Positions 25,225 to 37,230 of a stretch of DNA of 64,000 bases are shown piece after piece (the stretch's first letter is position 1; each line of letters starts with the position of its first letter). The position numbers and the translations under genes were made by a program. The DNA is from Fonticula alba ATCC 38817 (taxonomy: Eukaryota; Protista; Nucleariida), in assembly GCA_000388065.2 (NCBI GenBank), contig KB932207.1, one strand, 5' to 3'. The notes under the pieces are model-generated. The model was not told the DNA's origin. It saw only the letters and a program-made list of their open reading frames with translations, and made no database searches.

Positions 25225-27391
25225 TCACGCCTGGACATCCGGCTGGTGCAGGAGCATGTGGATCCAATGGTGCGACACGGTCCCATCGGCCGGGGTGACC
25301 GACATGCGCAGACGCAGGGAGTGCGTCTCTCGCAGGGCCCCCGAGGCCGGGTCACCAGCCAGATCCCCCCCAAGTGGCCGGAGAAGACCCTGCAGGGTGG
25401 CATCCGTCAGGGGGATGTACGCGCGGTTTTCCGCCCGAACCACCGACTCCGGGGTCTCGCCCAGCAGCAGGCCGCCATCGTCGGCCAGCAGCAAGGCCGA
25501 CTCGTCGTCCTCATCCTCATCATAGTCGCCGAGGGGCGAATGCCCGGCCAGGGTCAGCGTCCGGGTGAAGGCCGGCGTGGCGGTGGACAGGGCCGGCCCA
25601 GCCGGCTCCCCGGCCTTGGGAAGGTCTCCGGCCGCGAAGAAGGCCAATGTCACGTCGCATGGGACGTCCACCGGATTGGCCAGGACCAGGGCAAACATGC
25701 CGCGCGTGCTGGCCGGCCGAAGGCGCGAGCTGAGAATGGCCGCGCGCAGGTGGCGGCCCGACTGCCGCACGGCGGGGATCTTCTCACTGTGAGCCGTAGC
25801 GCGGGCCACAAGGGAGAGAGGGGGAGAGGGGGCAGAGAGGGGGAGAGAGAGGGGGAGAGGGGGCAGAGAGAGGCAGAGAAAAGCAAAGAGAGGCAGAGAA
25901 AAGCAGAGAGAGGCAGAGAAAAGCAGAGAGAGGCAGAGAGAGGCAGAGAAAAGCAGAGAGAGGCAGAGAAAAGCAGAGAGAGGCAGAGAAAAACAAAGAG
26001 AGGCAGAAAGAAGCAAACAACCACAAAGAGAAGCAAAGAGGGAGAGAGAGATAGGAAAGACCAGCGAGAAGGAGACCAGCCAGGTGAGTAACGGGAAAAT
26101 GGATGGCCCGCACAGGAGAAGGGGTGCCACGCACAACGCCGGCTTGCGCAGCTTGAAGCGCGTGCCAAAGGTACTGGTATCATGGCTGAGGACCGGCTGC
26201 GCACAGCCGGGGCACCGGTAGTCCGTGCGCGAGACCAAGCGCACGGCCGCCGGCGTGGCCCCGGGCAGCAAATCCGTCGTGTTGGATGCGAGTAGCTCAT
26301 CTCCCACAGCTGGCGCGGGCCCACGGCGGAATCAGGCAGCAGAGTCAGGCACAGAGCAAGTGGAAAAAAGGGGGGGGGGGAGGGGACGAGGGGCGGGAGG
26401 CAAAAGGGCATGACCAAAATCAGTGGCAGGGTGCACTCGCGCTCACACGCACCGATCGGGGCGTAGGCCGGCGCTTGGCCGTCGTCCGTGGGAGCCGGCG
26501 CCAGGGCGCGCGTCATAACCTCCGCCAGGGCGCCCTCCTCGCCGGTTGAGAGGGCCTCCAATGCGCGGGCCAGTGCCTCGTCATCCGCCCGGGCCAGGGG
26601 GAACTCCTCATCACCGCGGCCAGCCGCATCGCCAGGGGCACGCTGTGGCCAGATGGCCGTGGTGCCGTCGGCCGCACGCGGGGGCCCGGCCCCACCGGCC
26701 CCCGGCCCACCGGCCGCCTTGGAATCCAGCAACAGCAGCAGCGAGGCCGACATGTTGCGGTTCAATTCGAAGGAGGCCTGGAGGAAGCTGGTCTCGCTGC
26801 GGGACCGGAAGCCGGGGCCGCTGCCGAGGCCGGAGGCTGGCCGCCGCGGGCTGCCGGCCGGGCCCTTGTCGCTCCATTGGCAATTTTGGCAAATGAGGTA
26901 CATGGGAGCCGAGCCGGCCGGCAGCAGGGCCATTGCCCCGCACGCGGGGCATGCCTGGCAGGAAGGACGCGCACATTGGCCCTTGGCCGTGCGGAAGGAG
27001 GCGGATGCCGCTTCGGACAGGCACCGGGGGCAGTGCCAGGAGTTGGTCTGCTGCGGCGCCAAGCATCTGGGACGGCCCATACGAGGGAAGGGAGGAGGAG
27101 GAGGAGGAGAGAGAGAGGGGGGGGGGAGAGAGGGGAGGGAGAGTCAGTAGGGGCAGGGCAGGGGGCGGCCACCACTCCGAGGCCAAGTCCATCGAGGACG
27201 AGTGCATGCGCGCACGATTCACACCGCAGTGACTGGCATCTATCGCAGAAGAACAGCTCCTCCAAGGCGCGTGGGGGATTGTCCGGGGCGTCGGTCAGCG
27301 GGGGATCCTCGGCACCGGCCCGCTTGGGCGGGGCCGCACAGCAGGCGCATTCGTAGAGCACCCGCGTGGCGAAGGGGATCTGGAAAGACAT
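25225..27391 (-). CDS. DCTN4: Dynactin subunit 4 (p62); multi-exon
   Basis: Seen: LEELFFCDRCQSLRCES|CLAPQQTNSWHCPRCL...CARPSCQACPAC, YLICQNCQWS, and LVSRTDYRCPGCAQPVLSHD...FKL. This is the p62 Zn-binding Cys pattern (cf. LYFCRYC...DSHYCPSCL...CFDCPGC...YLACGFCRW...RSLRCRKC). Confidence 0.85.
25812..26070 (+). repeat. Purine-rich intronic minisatellite (AGAGGCAGAGAAAAGC-like units) in the p62 gene
   Basis: Seen directly. Confidence 0.8.
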
Positions 27392-29528
27392 GGGGCGTCC
27401 GTCGGCGGCGACAGGCCGGGCAATGGACGGAGAGAGAGAGAAGGAAGGAGAGAGGGGGGAGGGAGGGAGAGAGGGGGGAGGGAGGGAGAGAGGGAAGGGA
27501 GCAGGAGGGGGGCAGGGGAATGAAGATCAGTGGCGGGGTGGAGAGAGAGGGAGAGAGTGTGTGTGTGTGTGTGTGTGTGCCAACGGCAGACGGGAGAGTG
27601 GTGTGCCCCTCCGCCGGGCTTTTGTTAGTCCCACCTCCGGGGCGCGGGGAAGTGCACAGCGGCCGGTGGTGCCAGATCGCGCGCCGTTCGCCGGCGACGC
27701 GGCCCCGTGACCGTCCTCGGGCGCCTGACCAGCCGGCTGTTGGCATTCCGCCGGGCCGGGGCCAGGCAGGCACCGAGCCCACAATGGGCCGCGGCCGGCT
27801 CCGGGGCCTCGCCGTGTCGATTCTGGATCGCTGCGCCGGGCGTTCTGAAGTCGGAAGCGATGGCTCCGCCAAAATACGCCCGCGCGTGCCGACGGTCCGC
27901 CGGGGGTCGTATCACCCGTGATCCGGGACGGCGTGCGTCCCTGACAGGGCCTCCAACCGCTCGGGGGCGGGGGGCGGCGCAGGGGAGGGGAACCGGCCGG
28001 CCATCGTGGGCCCAACCCGCCCCGCGGCCTTCTCGCGTCTCCGAGAAGAATAAGCAGGGGGGGGGGACTCCGGGCAAGTGGTCTGGAGAAAGGCAGCGAG
28101 GGGGGGAGGGGGGGGGGAGAAAAAGAGAACGCGGCCCGCATCCGGCAGCCATCCGAAAAACATACACCGCCGGGGGGCGACACCCAGGCAGGGCGTGTGT
28201 GCCCCGCCCTGGCCACAGGCCGCCGCGGAACAGCTGCCGGGATGGGCCCCCGGACGGGCGGCTGCCGCACAACAATAGCACCACCACAACCCGTGTGTCT
28301 GCGGTGTGTGGGCTTCTCTCTCTCTTTCTCCCTCGCCGGAGAGTCGGCCGCGAAGGCCGCCCCGGGTTTTGGGGACTAAGACGCTCGAAAAGTGGTGCCA
28401 TAAAAATAGACGCTTATATTCCCGGCCATGCCCGAAGGGGGCGGACGCGGAAAAGGGCCCGCTGGCCGGGCGCTGTGTCACCGCCGGGCGGCACAATTGA
28501 GGCCCGGGACAAGCGCGGAAATGCGTGGTGATGTCCGCCCCCCCTCTCCCCCTTGGAGGCGGCCGGGCACGGTGCAAACCCCGCCCCCTGTGCGGCTTGA
28601 TCTCGTTACGTCCCCCCCTCCCCCCCCCCCCCCCCCGCGCTGTTCCGTGACCAATCTCCCCGGAGCAGCCCTCCCTCCCGGGACGCAGGAGAGAGACGCG
28701 TGCGCATGCTGGGTGGTTATTCCGGGCCGGTTGGTCTAGCAGCCAGCCTGCCAGCCGGGGGGGGGGGAGGACTTACCCCGGACGCGTTTCCCTCCTTCCT
28801 GGGGGAGCGGACTCCGCGACAGCCCCCGTCCCCCCCCCCCTGGCGGTGGGGGCGAATCCCCCGCCGTTGGCGGGTCGCGCGGCAGCATTCAAATTTCGGC
28901 CCCCCCCCCCCACCCCCACCCCCCTGCGGCGGACAGTTCCCCCTCCCCGGCCACCGGTCGGCGCCCTGGCGGCCGGGGCTCACGCTTTTTCCGCGCGCGC
29001 GCGCGCGCGCGCGGGGGCCGCCCTCCTCCCCGGCGAGCCCTGCGCGCAAGGCGGCGGGGGCGCGCGCGCGCGCGCGTGCGCGGAGCGGGGGACACACGAA
29101 TGGAATGCGCGCCATACGTGTACGTGTGTATGTGTCAACATGACACGCCGCGGCTTGAGTGGGCCGGGAACACCGGGGCCCGGCCGGGAGGGGGGGAGGG
29201 CGGAAACAAGGCAGCGGCGCTGGGCTCACACCTTCAAGGCGTCCCCCGGCGCCGGCCCCCCCAGTGCGTTGCCGGCCCTACTTCCATCCTACTCATTGCC
29301 GCGACACCCTGCACCGGTTGGCGCCCCTCCCCCCCCCTCCCCCTCTCTCCCTCCCTTCCCCCCCCCCTCCCCACCCCTTCCTGTTTCTCCTCTCCCGACG
29401 GTCACGCAACCGGTGCGCCCCGTTTTCCGCCTTTGCCCAACGCACCCGCGCATGGCGTCGGTATGTGCATCCTCGGTCTCTGACTCGCCCGCCTGTCCCC
29501 TCCGCCGCTCGTAGTTCCGTCCGACACC

Positions 29529-30501
29529 ATGGGTGGCGAAGCAATTCTCTTTGTGATTGCGGTCGTCGCGGCCGCGGCCCTCCTCTTCGCGATGGTCTTC
29601 TATGTGCGCACATGCCGCGGCGCTCGCCCGCCCTGCCGCCCTCACCTTGCCCCGGGGGCCGGTCCGCTCTCGGCACCTACTGACCCCCCTCCCCGGCCGT
29701 CTGGCTGCCGCCTGCGCGCTTGCCTCCTTCCCCGCCCCCCCCCCCCCCCCGCACTTGGTCCCCATGCACCCGGCGCGCTTGTGGCTGCCCACAGTTCATC
29801 CTCTTCACCGATCTCGAGTCCGACTACATCAACCCGATCGAGTGCTGCATTCGAGTCAACAAGGTGCGCACGCGCACGCCGCCAGCCGGCGAGCGGGCCC
29901 TCCCGCTGCACCGCTCTTCATGCGCGTTCGGCCCCACTGACCCTGCCCTCCTCCCATTGCGCCTGTGATCCACTCGTCACCTGCGCACACATCCCCCCCC
30001 CGCCTCCCCCCCCGCACACACACAGATCATCCTCCCTGAGATGATCACCCATACTGCCCTGACCGTGATCTTCCTGCTTTCCCGGAGCTGGCTCGCCTTC
30101 CTGCTCAACCTGCCGCTCCTGGTCTACCACGGCATGAAGTGCGTCTCTCGCCCCCCCCCCCTCTACTCCCTCTCCCTGTCTGTCTTCTCTCTTGGCTGCT
30201 CTCTGACGTTCGCCCTCCCTCCTCCCCCCACACACACGCAGGTACAACTCCGGCAAGTACCTCTGCGATGCGACCTCCATCTTCCGTCAGCTCTCGCGCC
30301 ACCGCCGGGAGGGCCTCTTCAAGCTGGTGTTCTACCTGCTCTGCTTCTTCTACTACCTCTACCGGTGCGTGAATCCATGGCCCCCTCCCCTCCTTTTCNN
30401 NNNNNNNNNNNNNNNNNNNNNNNNNNNNNNNNNNNNNNNNNNNNNNNNNNNNNNNNNNNCCCCCCCCGCACAGCATGATTGTCGGCCTCATCGACGATTA
30501 A
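29529..30501 (+). CDS. ERV14: Cornichon/Erv14 ER export cargo receptor; exons 29529-29603, 29795-29863, 30026-30138, 30242-30364, 30474-30501
   Basis: Seen: spliced MGGEAILFVIAVV...MVFY|FILFTDLESDYINPIECCIRVNK|IILPE...FLLNLPLLVYHGMK|YNSGKYLCDATSIFRQL...KLVFYLLCFFYYLYR|MIVGLIDD*. Confidence 0.95.
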
Positions 30502-31318
30502 AAGTAACCCGCGCGCGCGCGCTCCATCCCCCCACACTCACACCCATATCCGGCGCCGGCGGCGGTGGCGACGGCAGGGTGATTGTCGCGCAGACCCGCC
30601 TCACCGAGTAGTGTGCTGCCCTTCAGATCCTTCGCCCCTTGCGCGTCCCTCCTGCACCAGCATGATGTGGCACACCGTAGGGGAGGGTGTGTCCTTCCTC
30701 CTCCCGGCTCCCTCCCCCCCTCTTATAAATACACCCCCTCCTGTCCTTGCTCCTCCCCCTGCGCAGCGTGAGGGGGCATGTCCGCGTGCTTTCCCTGGCG
30801 GGTGTGCCGCCCTGGGCAGAAGCAGGACGCCCCCCCCCCCAGGCGAGGTCCTTTTTGAGCGTGCGTGTGACACACAGAGCGAGGATCTGGTCCGGCAGAA
30901 CGGAAATTCCGCGCTGATCACATGTACACATGCATCTAGTGCGCTCGCCCGCTCCCGGGCGTTGGTTTCTGAGTTGCTCCGGCCGGCGCGGCCGGGGGGA
31001 TGGTTATGGCCGATATCTGGCTGTTTGTCGGTGCCCCGCCCCCCGCCCCCAACCCATCGCTGGCCGTGCGCGAAAAGGGGAACCGCCCATCGGTGGCAGG
31101 GATCGCAGAGGTCGGCATTGCCCCCTGCCCTTTATTGCGCCTTTCGCCCCCCTCCCTCCCTTCCCCCCCCCCCCCCCCCCCCCACACACGCGACACACAT
31201 CGCGTAGGCACATCCGCACGGCCACACGAGCGACCACACCGCACGCGCGCGGGCCCGCTTTCTTTTGCTTCCCCCCTCTCCCCCCTGCCCCTTTCCCCTC
31301 CCCCTTCCCCACCCTGCC

Positions 31319-34300
31319 ATGGACCAGCCGAACGTGTCGGTCGGCGACCGCGTGCTGGTCAACGACCGACGCGGCATCGTCCGCTTCGCCGGGCCGATCG
31401 ATGGCCTGTCTGGAATGTGCGCGATCACCTCCGCCGCCGTCGACACCTGCCCTGCTTGCCCGCGCGGGTGATGTGCACCCACATCATGCGCCGACAGAAG
31501 CCGCGCTCTCCGCCCGCCCCGCCCTGCCCCCCCTCTTCTCCCGATGCTAACATCTCTCGCCTCGCCGCAGCTGGGTCGGCATCGAGCTTGATGGCCCGGT
31601 CGGCAAGAACGACGGCACTGTCAAGGGCAAGCGCTACTTCACGTGTGCGCCGAATCATGGCCTGTTCGTGCGCCCGACGGCCGTGACGCCACTCGACGAG
31701 CCGGTCTCCCCGGGCCCCGGTGGCGCAGCCTCACCGGTACGTCGCATGCCTGTCCTTGCCCCCCCCCCCCCCCCCCCCCCTGGCGCTCGGGGTCTGTCCA
31801 CCATCTGCATTCGCCGTCACTCATCCACCCCACCCTTCATGGGTCGGACCGGATCGGACCGATCCACCCCCCCCCTCCCCCCCCCCCCCGCTACTCTGCA
31901 CCGCCTGCCGAGCAGGTTGCTCCGGCAAGCCCGGTCATTGCGGCTCCCGAGTCGGTGGAGGCGGCGGCGACGGAGTCGACGGCCGTGCCGGAGCCGGCGG
32001 CCGGGCCCGTTGCCACGGCGGCCGACGCCACCCCTGCTGTGGGTGCCGCTGCGACGGCGGCCACCACGGCAGCCCCCCCGACTGGGTCCCTGCCCCTGTC
32101 GGTGGACGCCACCGTCCCCCAGCGCCACTACGACGATCTGGTGGCCAAATTCCGCCTGCTGGAAACCCGCCTGGTGGAAGAGCGTGCCAAGTCCAAGCAG
32201 GCCGAGCGTCTGCGCCATGAGGCCGAGACGGCGCAGCAGGCACGCCAGCGCCTGGAGGCCCAGGTGGCCGATCTCCAAGCGCAGGTGGTGTCCCTGCGCA
32301 AGCAGGATAGCGAGGAGCGCCGGCAGCGCGAAGAGCGCGAGGAGGCACTGCTTGAGATGGAAGAGCATGCCGAATCGCTGACCATGGGTGCGTGGCGCCT
32401 GTCCCCCCCGGTTTCTTGCCCTGAGTTGCCTGTGCTCGGAGGAGGTGTCTAATTCAATGTGTCCCCCGCGGCCCGGCGCACAGACAAGGAGCTCGCCGAG
32501 GAGCGTGCCGACCAGCTCCAAGCGGAGGTGGATCAGCTTCGCGAGCAGGTCGAAGAGCTGACGCTGGATCTGGAAATCGTGCGCGGCGAGCACGAGGAGG
32601 AGCTGGCCAAGCTGGCGGCCGCCGGCGAGGGGGAAGTCCTGTCGCCGGCGGCCCAGGAGCAGGTGGCCCAGCTGCAGCTGCAGAATGACCGCCTGAAGGA
32701 GGCGCTGATGCTCCTGCGTGACCGGACCACCGAGGAGAAGGCGGCTCTGGCCAAGCGCGTGCGGGACTTGGAGAAGTTCGAGCGCGACATGCCGGAGCTT
32801 CAGGCCAAGTACCTTGCGCTCAAGGCGGAGGTACGGACGAGCGAGTTCTCCGCGCTTGGCATTCGCCCTGCCCTTTGCGTCGCGCCGCCTCCGCTGTCTG
32901 ACCCGCCGTCCTGGCCGGTGTGCCCTCGCTGTTCTTTCCATCCCTCCCCCTCTTGCTCCCCTCCCGCCCGGTGCGCCGCGATCGGCGTCAATCGTAGAAT
33001 GCCGACAATGAGAGCCTTGTCGAGCAGCTGAAGCTCCAGGTGGACGACGGCCTCGCCGCCGAGAGCATGGTCGAGGAGCTGTCGGAGAAGGTCCTGGACC
33101 TGGAAGACCACATCACCGACCTGCAAAACAGCATCCAGGACCTGGAGGACCTGCGCACCCTGAGCGACCAGCTGGAGGACACCTACGTGGAGAATGCCCG
33201 GGCGCTGGAGCAGGCGCTGCAGGAGCAGGAGGCCCTGGTGGCCCGGCTGGCCGGGCAGCTGTCCCTGGAGCATGGGCTTCGGTCGGACCGGGACCTGACC
33301 ATCGACAAGTTCCGCGGGCTGGTGCGCGACCTGCAGGAGCGCATCCTGCATCTGGAGGCCACGCTCGGGAGCCAGAGTGCGGCGGCGGCCGGCACGGCGG
33401 CGGCCGAGTTGGCGGCCGAGTTGCACCGGCGCGCGGCGGCCGCCGCCGAGACGGCTCTCGACGGGTCGGTGCTCGGGGGCGACCCGAGCGCCGGGGCCGG
33501 GGCCGGGGCCGGGGCCGGGCTGGACGCGGTCCCGGCCCTGCAGCGCCTCCTGGCGGCCGAGCAGGCCCGCGTCACCCAGGCCGATGTGGTCCTGCGGGCG
33601 CGCCTGCTGCGCGGGTACCTGCCGGGATCCTGGGCCGGGGCCGTGCAGCAGGCCGACCTCCTGGTGCCGGAGGCGTACTTCCTGGAGCTGGCCCGGTGTG
33701 TGGTGCGCGCCGGTGGCAAGGCCGCCGCGGTTGGCCGGCTGGCGGATCACCTGCTGCCGGCTCGCCCGGACTCGGTGCTGGCTGCGCTGACGCGGCCGCT
33801 TGGCCCGGCCCCGGGGGAGAGCGACGCCGGGCGCCTGGCCGCCGGCCAGGAGCTCGCCCGGCTGGGGCTGGTTGTGACGGCGCGGCGGCCATTGCGCGCG
33901 CTGGAGCGCGGGCTCGGCCTGCTGCAGTTGGCTCTGTCGGTCGCGCGGCCCGGGGCCTCGGGCCGGGTGGTGGAGCTCTTTGCCCCGCAGCTGGCCCCGG
34001 CCGGGGGCGATGCGGCGGCGGCGGCGGCGGCGGCGGCGGCCGGCCCCTCCGCGGCGGCCGGGCCGCTGGCCTCGCTGGGCTCGCTGCTGCCGGATTTGCC
34101 GGCGGCCGAGCGCCGGCTGGATGCCTTGCTCCAGGCCCTGGCACGGACCCTGGCCCAGGTGGAGGGCGCGCCGCGGCTGTTGCATGATGCCGTGGCGGCC
34201 GTGGCGCTTGGGGAATACGCGACGGCGGCCGGGCGCTTTGGCCAGGCCCTCTGCCAGCGTCTGCTGGCCGGGGCCTCCGGCCTGGAGGAGGCCCTGCTGG

Positions 34301-35088
34301 GGGCCGATCGCCGACGGGTGCTGGCCGGCCTGGCTCGCACCCACGCGGCGGCCATCGATGCCCGGGCGGATGATCTGTTTGTGGTCCTCTGCCAGGCGGC
34401 CGGGCACCTGGCTGGTGCCTGGGCGCCGGAGCCGGCCCAAGTGACCGAGGCCGGCGCTGATGCCGAGGAGCCGGACGGGAGTGGCGCGGCGGATGCGCCC
34501 GCCGACTCGGCCTCGGCCTCGGCCCAGGCCCTGGCGCAGCTCTTGACCACGGCCAACCGGCACAACCGCGCCATCCAGGTGCTGGCGAAGAAGCTGCGCA
34601 AGCGCTTCGACTGCGAGCCGGCTCTGCAGCAGCTGGCGGCCCCCGGGCGCTTGGGGGAGTCGCTGTTCGCCGGCGAGCCGGATGCCACGGGCATCGATGA
34701 TGCCCAGGTCCTGGTCGAGCTGGCCGATCTGGAACGCGTCCAGCAGGTGGAGGCCCAGCTTGAGGGCCTGCTGGCCGAGTTGGAGGGGCTGGTCCCGGCG
34801 CTTGGCACCGGCTCGGCCCCGGCCCCGGCCCCGGCGGCCGTGGTTGAGCGCCTGACCCCCCTGGCGCAGCGCCTGGGCGCGACGGCCGAGGCCATGGAGG
34901 CCATTGTCGAGACCCTGCACGGGGTGGATCGCGACATCGGGCCCTCGCAGCCTGAGGAGGTGCGCCCCCCTTTTTTTTTTCTCTCTCTCCCTCTCTCCCA
35001 CTCCCTCTCCGGGCTTGCTGCTTCCTCCCGGCCACTCGCTCTGTGCCCTTTCATGGGCATGGCTCTGCGCATGGCCCTCTCCCCTCCA

Positions 35089-35119
<31 letters not shown>

Positions 35120-36333
35120 TGCACACACATGCACACACATGCATATCTGCCCGGCCCGCAGGGTCCTCTGGCGGCCCTCGGCGAGCGCTTCCGACTGGCA
35201 CTGGAGAGTCAGGAGCAGGGGGATGCCCTGCGTGAGCAGGTGGCCTCCCTGCAGGCAACCATCCAGCAGCATGAGGCGGCGGCCGCCGCGGCGGCCGGGC
35301 GTCTGGATGAAGAGCGCGCCCGAGTGGCCCTGCTGGCCGCGCGTACGGCCTCCGCTCGCGAGGAGGCCGAGCAGGCTGCCCAGCTGGCCGCGAGTCTGGA
35401 AGAGTCCCGCCGCGATGCGCAGATGTATTCCGAGGCCCTGGAAGCCCTGCGTGCCGAGCTGGACGACATGGAAATGCAGAATATCTCCCTGCGCAAGGAG
35501 GTCCGCACATGCTCCCTCACCCTCTCCGCCTCGTACCCCTGCCCGGGGAGCCTAACCCCGTCCGCCGGTCCTTTTGGCCTCATGACCTCCGCGTTCGGCC
35601 GCCATGTGGCTGGGGGTACCCCCACAGCTGTCGGCAGCCGTGCGCGTTGGCGACACGGCCGACGCCGCGCCCCAAACGGCGGCCGCGTCCGCGGCCGAGG
35701 CCAACCCGGCCCACTCGCGTGCCCTCGTCCGGGATCTCTATGCCACAGTGGCGGCGCTGCGTTCGGAGCTGGCGCGGACCCGGGCCACGTCCATCGAGAG
35801 CAGTATGTGCTGTTTTGCCCTTCCGCCCCACGCTCCCGCCATGCCTCATGCCCTGGCTCGCCCGCCGCCCGAGTCACCCATTAACCCGGCAGCACCTCCC
35901 TCTCTCCCTCTCGTCTGCCTCTATGTGTGCGCCGCCCTCCTCCTCCCTCTCCTCCTCTCAACCGGCTGCCCTGTGCCCAGTGGTCGCCACGCTGGCCCCG
36001 CTGCCGGTCCGGCGTGGAGCACCGGTCGCCGCTCCCGCCACCGACGCCACCGCGTCTTCTTCATCACACTCGGCCAGTCGGGCCGCAGTGGCCCCTGCCG
36101 CTTCCTCGGCCCTGTCCTACGCCAACGCCGTCCTCAAGGGTACGTGCCTTGCCCCGCATGTGCCCTGCTGCTTCCGGTCTTCTCCTCGTTCCCCGCCATG
36201 TGCCCTGCCACATCCTCCCCCCCCCCCCTCGCCTCCGCACCTGACCTCCCCCCCGCTCCCCCTCGTTCTCCCCCGTCCGCACTCTTCCCCTTTCGCATGT
36301 GTGTCTGTGTCTGTCTGCGTATGTGTGTCTGTC

Positions 36334-36369
<36 letters not shown>

Positions 36370-36624
36370 TCTGTGCGCCCAGACTCCATGCAGTTCCTGG
36401 TCGAGCACCGGGTGGCCCGGCTGCGTCCGGGCCCGGTCGACGCGGCGGATGTCCTGCCGCGCGGCGTGAGGACCGCCGGTCATGCCGAGCGCCTGCGCCT
36501 CCTCCGAGCCAAACTCCTGGCCGCGCGCCAGACCCGCGCCCTGCATTCCCTGGCCACCGGGCACTTCGATCCCACCGCCGAGGATGCCCCGCTGCCCGGT
36601 GTGGCAAAGGCCGCGGCGGTTTGA
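31319..36624 (+). CDS. DCTN1: Dynactin subunit 1 (p150Glued): CAP-Gly domain, coiled coil and C-terminal dynactin region; multi-exon
   Basis: Seen: VGDRV...GIVRFAG...GI|WVGIELDGPVGKNDGTVKGKRYFTCAPNHGLFVRP; CC1 motifs EMEEHAESLTM|DKELAEERADQLQ, LQNDRLKEALMLLRD, QVDDGLAAESMVEELSEKVLDLE and TIDKFRGLV. Confidence 0.93.
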
Positions 36625-36661
36625 AGGCCGATCGCCCCGATCGTTGGCACCCCGGCTGCCC

Positions 36662-36667
36662 AATAAA
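36662..36667 (+). terminator. Candidate polyadenylation signal for p150Glued
   Basis: Seen: AATAAA(TAA) 38 nt after the stop. Confidence 0.45.
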
Positions 36668-37230
36668 TAAGACACATCTCTCCCCTCCGCCGGCCGGCCC
36701 CCCCGCGCCGGTTGCCGCTGTGTGTGCGCTATTTGTTCCACCGCCCCGGGGGTGCTGAGGGTGGGGGCGCAGGGGGGGGAACGAGGCAGGGAGAGCGGCG
36801 GCCAGGGCATGTCGTCCCGATCTCACGGCGGAGGCCGATGTTCATTGGCTCGCGCGCCGGCCCGGGGCCCGATCGACACGTCCAGACACCCACGACTTTC
36901 CGCGGCTCCCCTCCGCCCTCCCTCCATCCCTCCGCCCTCCCTCCATCCCTCCGCCCGCCCNNNNNNNNNNNNNNNNNNNNNNNNNNNNNNNNNNNNNNNN
37001 NNNNNNNNNNNNNNNNNNNNNNNNNNNNNNNNNNNNNNNNNNNNNNNNNNNNNNNNNNNNNNNNNNNNNNNNNNNNNNNNNNNNNNNNNNNNNNNNNNNN
37101 NNNNNNNNNNNNNNNNNNNNNNNNNNNNNNNNNNNNNNNNNNNNNNNNNNNNNNNNNNNNNNNNNNNNNNNNNNNCCCCCCCTGCCCGTCGCTTGTTCTC
37201 TGTCCTTCTCGCGCTCCCGCCCCGCGTACC

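Noticed and set aside
27845-27870. ATCGCTTC on the minus strand resembling the U2 snRNA 5' end
   Set aside because: The similarity stops after 8 nt and no branch-point recognition sequence follows.
32800-35136. Long antisense ORFs (also 5688-7166, 44870-46339, 46561-48489, 61014-62453)
   Set aside because: These are shadow ORFs opposite real high-GC exons, where stops are scarce. They have no recognisable domains.
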